Source of the DNA: Nitrospirales bacterium
Lineage (GTDB): Bacteria > Nitrospirota > Nitrospiria > Nitrospirales > UBA8639
Assembly: GCA_965203295.1 (NCBI GenBank)
Contig: CBDBCZ010000011.1
Span: 64,001 to 128,000 of the forward strand
Reading direction: 5' to 3'
DNA: 64,000 bases
Both the position numbers and the translations under genes were made by a program. Below, in pieces: positions 61,860 to 64,000 of this stretch. The notes beneath the pieces were generated by a model. The model was not told the origin of the DNA and searched no databases. It saw only the letters and a program-made list of their open reading frames with translations. Position 1 is the stretch's first letter. Every line of letters starts with the position of its first letter.

Positions 61860-64000
61860 TTGTCTACCACAATATACAATGGAACGATCTGGCCTTCAGT
61901 TAGTTCCAGTCCATTGCTATATTCACAGAAAACTCAGTAACTGAAGGAGGAGGAGCGATTTATGCATCAAAAAGTACATTTTTTCACAGATAATACAACG
62001 ACAATTGCAAACAATTCGGCTTTGCACGGTGGTGGACTGCTGCTTTCAAGTGATTCTAAAATCTTCTTTCAGCCAGGTATGGCAATACACCTCATCAGCA
62101 ACAGTGCTAACTATAGTATCGCTGCGCATGCGATAGCCAAACAGGATAGTTCGACAATAGACCATGGAATAGGCAATTGATACTACAAGAACAACAACAA
62201 CTGACAATAACTAAACAGCAATACACTTTATAGCAATAAGGGAAAGGGAAGGTGCTAGATATAAGGAACCAAAAATGGTCATAACACTATTAGCACTATA
62301 CAGTAAGAAATCTAAAGCGTGTCCTGATTACATTAACAACTACTAACAGTTAAAGATGTGAATCAGTGTGAATTAGAAGAATGTCCAGGATATTACACTA
62401 ACCGTACTGGAGGTGCAATTAAAGTGGAAGAAAACAACCCACTCTCCTACTGCATCCCAATTTTAGATGAATATTATGATGTGAGCAGTAGTGACTGCTT
62501 CTTTCAGACTTTTGACTTCTCATATGCATCCCTCTCTAATGTCCTCCATACATTGTGCTTTGATAACAACAGAGCTGTTGAAGGCGGTGCTGACTTGTAT
62601 GGTGGTTCAGTTGATAACTGTAAATTAAGCAATAATAAACTCTTCGATAAGCAAAGCGGACTTGTTTTTGTTCTTATAACCGACGGTTTTAGAAACCCAG
62701 CTAATATTTCTTCTGATCCACTGAGCATCTATACCTGCAGAGGTGACGTCATTACATACTACCCTCGTCTTTACAACCCAGAGCCTGTGTATCCAGGGGG
62801 AACTGTGGAGGTTCCAATCACTGCACGTGGGCAAAGGGGAGGGAAAACTATGGCTGTGATACAAGTTATTGAGACATCTGAAAATATTAGACTCAGTAGC
62901 CTTGAATACTCTCAGAACATTGATAATACCTGTAATATCCTGAAGTACACCATACACTCGTATGCCTTAGGCACCACTCAAGAATTGACTCTCTATGCTC
63001 AAGGTCCTTGTCCACCCACTTGGACTAACACTCTTACAGTTACTGTGACTATCCAAGAATGTCCACCTGGATTTCAGCTATCAATAAATGAACCAATATG
63101 CATTTGTGATGAGAGACTTCAACGCTTTACAAACACCTGCTTATTGGACAGCACAACAGTTTTGCGTGAACACAATGCCGAGTTCTGGGTAGATTACGAC
63201 AGTGACAATGAGTCCAGAGGATTGATTCTTCATCCACATTGTCCATTTGATTACTGCACATCAGAAGAAACATACTTGATAGTTGATAACAGTAACAAAC
63301 AGTGTAGCTACAACAGAAGTGGCCTACTGTGCGGAAGATGCAGTGATAACCTGAGCCTTGTATTGGGCAGCTCCCGCTGCTTGCAGTGCTCCAACTTTTA
63401 TCTTTCGCTCTTAGCTGCATTTACTTTTGCTGGTATTGCACTAGTGCTCTTACTTCTGGTCCTGAGGCTGACCGTTGCAGCTGGAACCATCAATGGATTA
63501 GTTTTCTATGCGAATATTATAGCAGTCAATTCAGCAATACTCTTCGAGCCTCAAAATAAAATAACAAATTTCCCAATAGAGCTGATAGCTAATGTCCTTA
63601 GTGTCTTTATAGCCTGGCTAAACTTGGACCTGGGATTTGAAATTTGCTTCTACAATGGAATGGATGCCTACGTAAAAATGTGGATGCAGTTTGCATTCCC
63701 CGTCTACATATGGGCTCTGGTAGGTACAATAATAGTTGGCAGCTATTACTCAGGAAGAGTGGCGAGTATATTTGGAAGCAATCCTATCGCAGTCCTGGCC
63801 TATTCCTACTGTCATATGCTAAACTGCTTCGCACAGTTATTGCTGCACTTTCATACACATCCCTAGAGTATCCTAACAATTCACAGATCACAGTGTGGCT
63901 GTATGATGGGAATGTTAGATACCTCAGTGGTAAGCACATTCCACTGTTCACAGCTGCGATGGTTTGCCTGGTATTCCTGTTTCTCCCCTACACAATGCTG
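61860..64000 (+). pseudogene. Disrupted PMP/pectin-lyase-repeat + Cys-rich + multi-TM (GPCR-like) receptor gene, running off the window
   Basis: GGAI/GGGL repeats, then CPPGF, CPFDYC, NRSGLLCGRC, GTINGLVFYANII and FIAWLNLDLG. Frameshifts at ~61975 and ~63800 (the other frame continues FLLSYAKLLR...VWLYDGN...HIPL). A solo LTR is inserted at 62112. Confidence 0.8.
62112..62397. mobile_element. Solo LTR (286 bp)
   Basis: Termini tatagtatc.../...gatattaca are near-inverted TG...CA type, with a 5-bp TSD ctaac (62107-62111, 62398-62402). Removing it restores NSAN-RTGGAIKVEE. Confidence 0.75.

Overview
Eukaryotic, intron-rich, transposon-dense DNA. It is most likely a sponge (demosponge), inferred from short GT-AG introns, a PMP-repeat/Cys-rich/multi-TM receptor family and the MITE repertoire. 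The core of the window is a head-to-tail pair of multi-exon genes for dynamin-like (BDLP/mitofusin-type Dynamin_N) GTPases on the + strand, which the ORF track only shows as fragments. Gene 1 (16884-47025 or 47670, about 841 aa, canonical G1-G4) has a duplicated micro-exon and two duplicated alternative last exons. Gene 2 (about 48188/53454-60997) shares its intron positions but has degenerate G2/G3/G4 motifs, making it a candidate pseudo-GTPase. A phase-0 exon at 48188 could splice the two into one DynA-like double dynamin. Mobile DNA includes: a near-intact CRE-type RLE retrotransposon with one nonsense codon; an AcademH-type element with a nested MITE and LINE; an RT-deleted DIRS1 element with intact ITR/ICR and a 7-bp crossover core; Penelope, Gypsy and LINE relics; and many MITEs, some only 34-45 bp long. 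The window ends in a disrupted receptor pseudogene carrying a solo LTR. All exon models were read by eye and no database searches were run.
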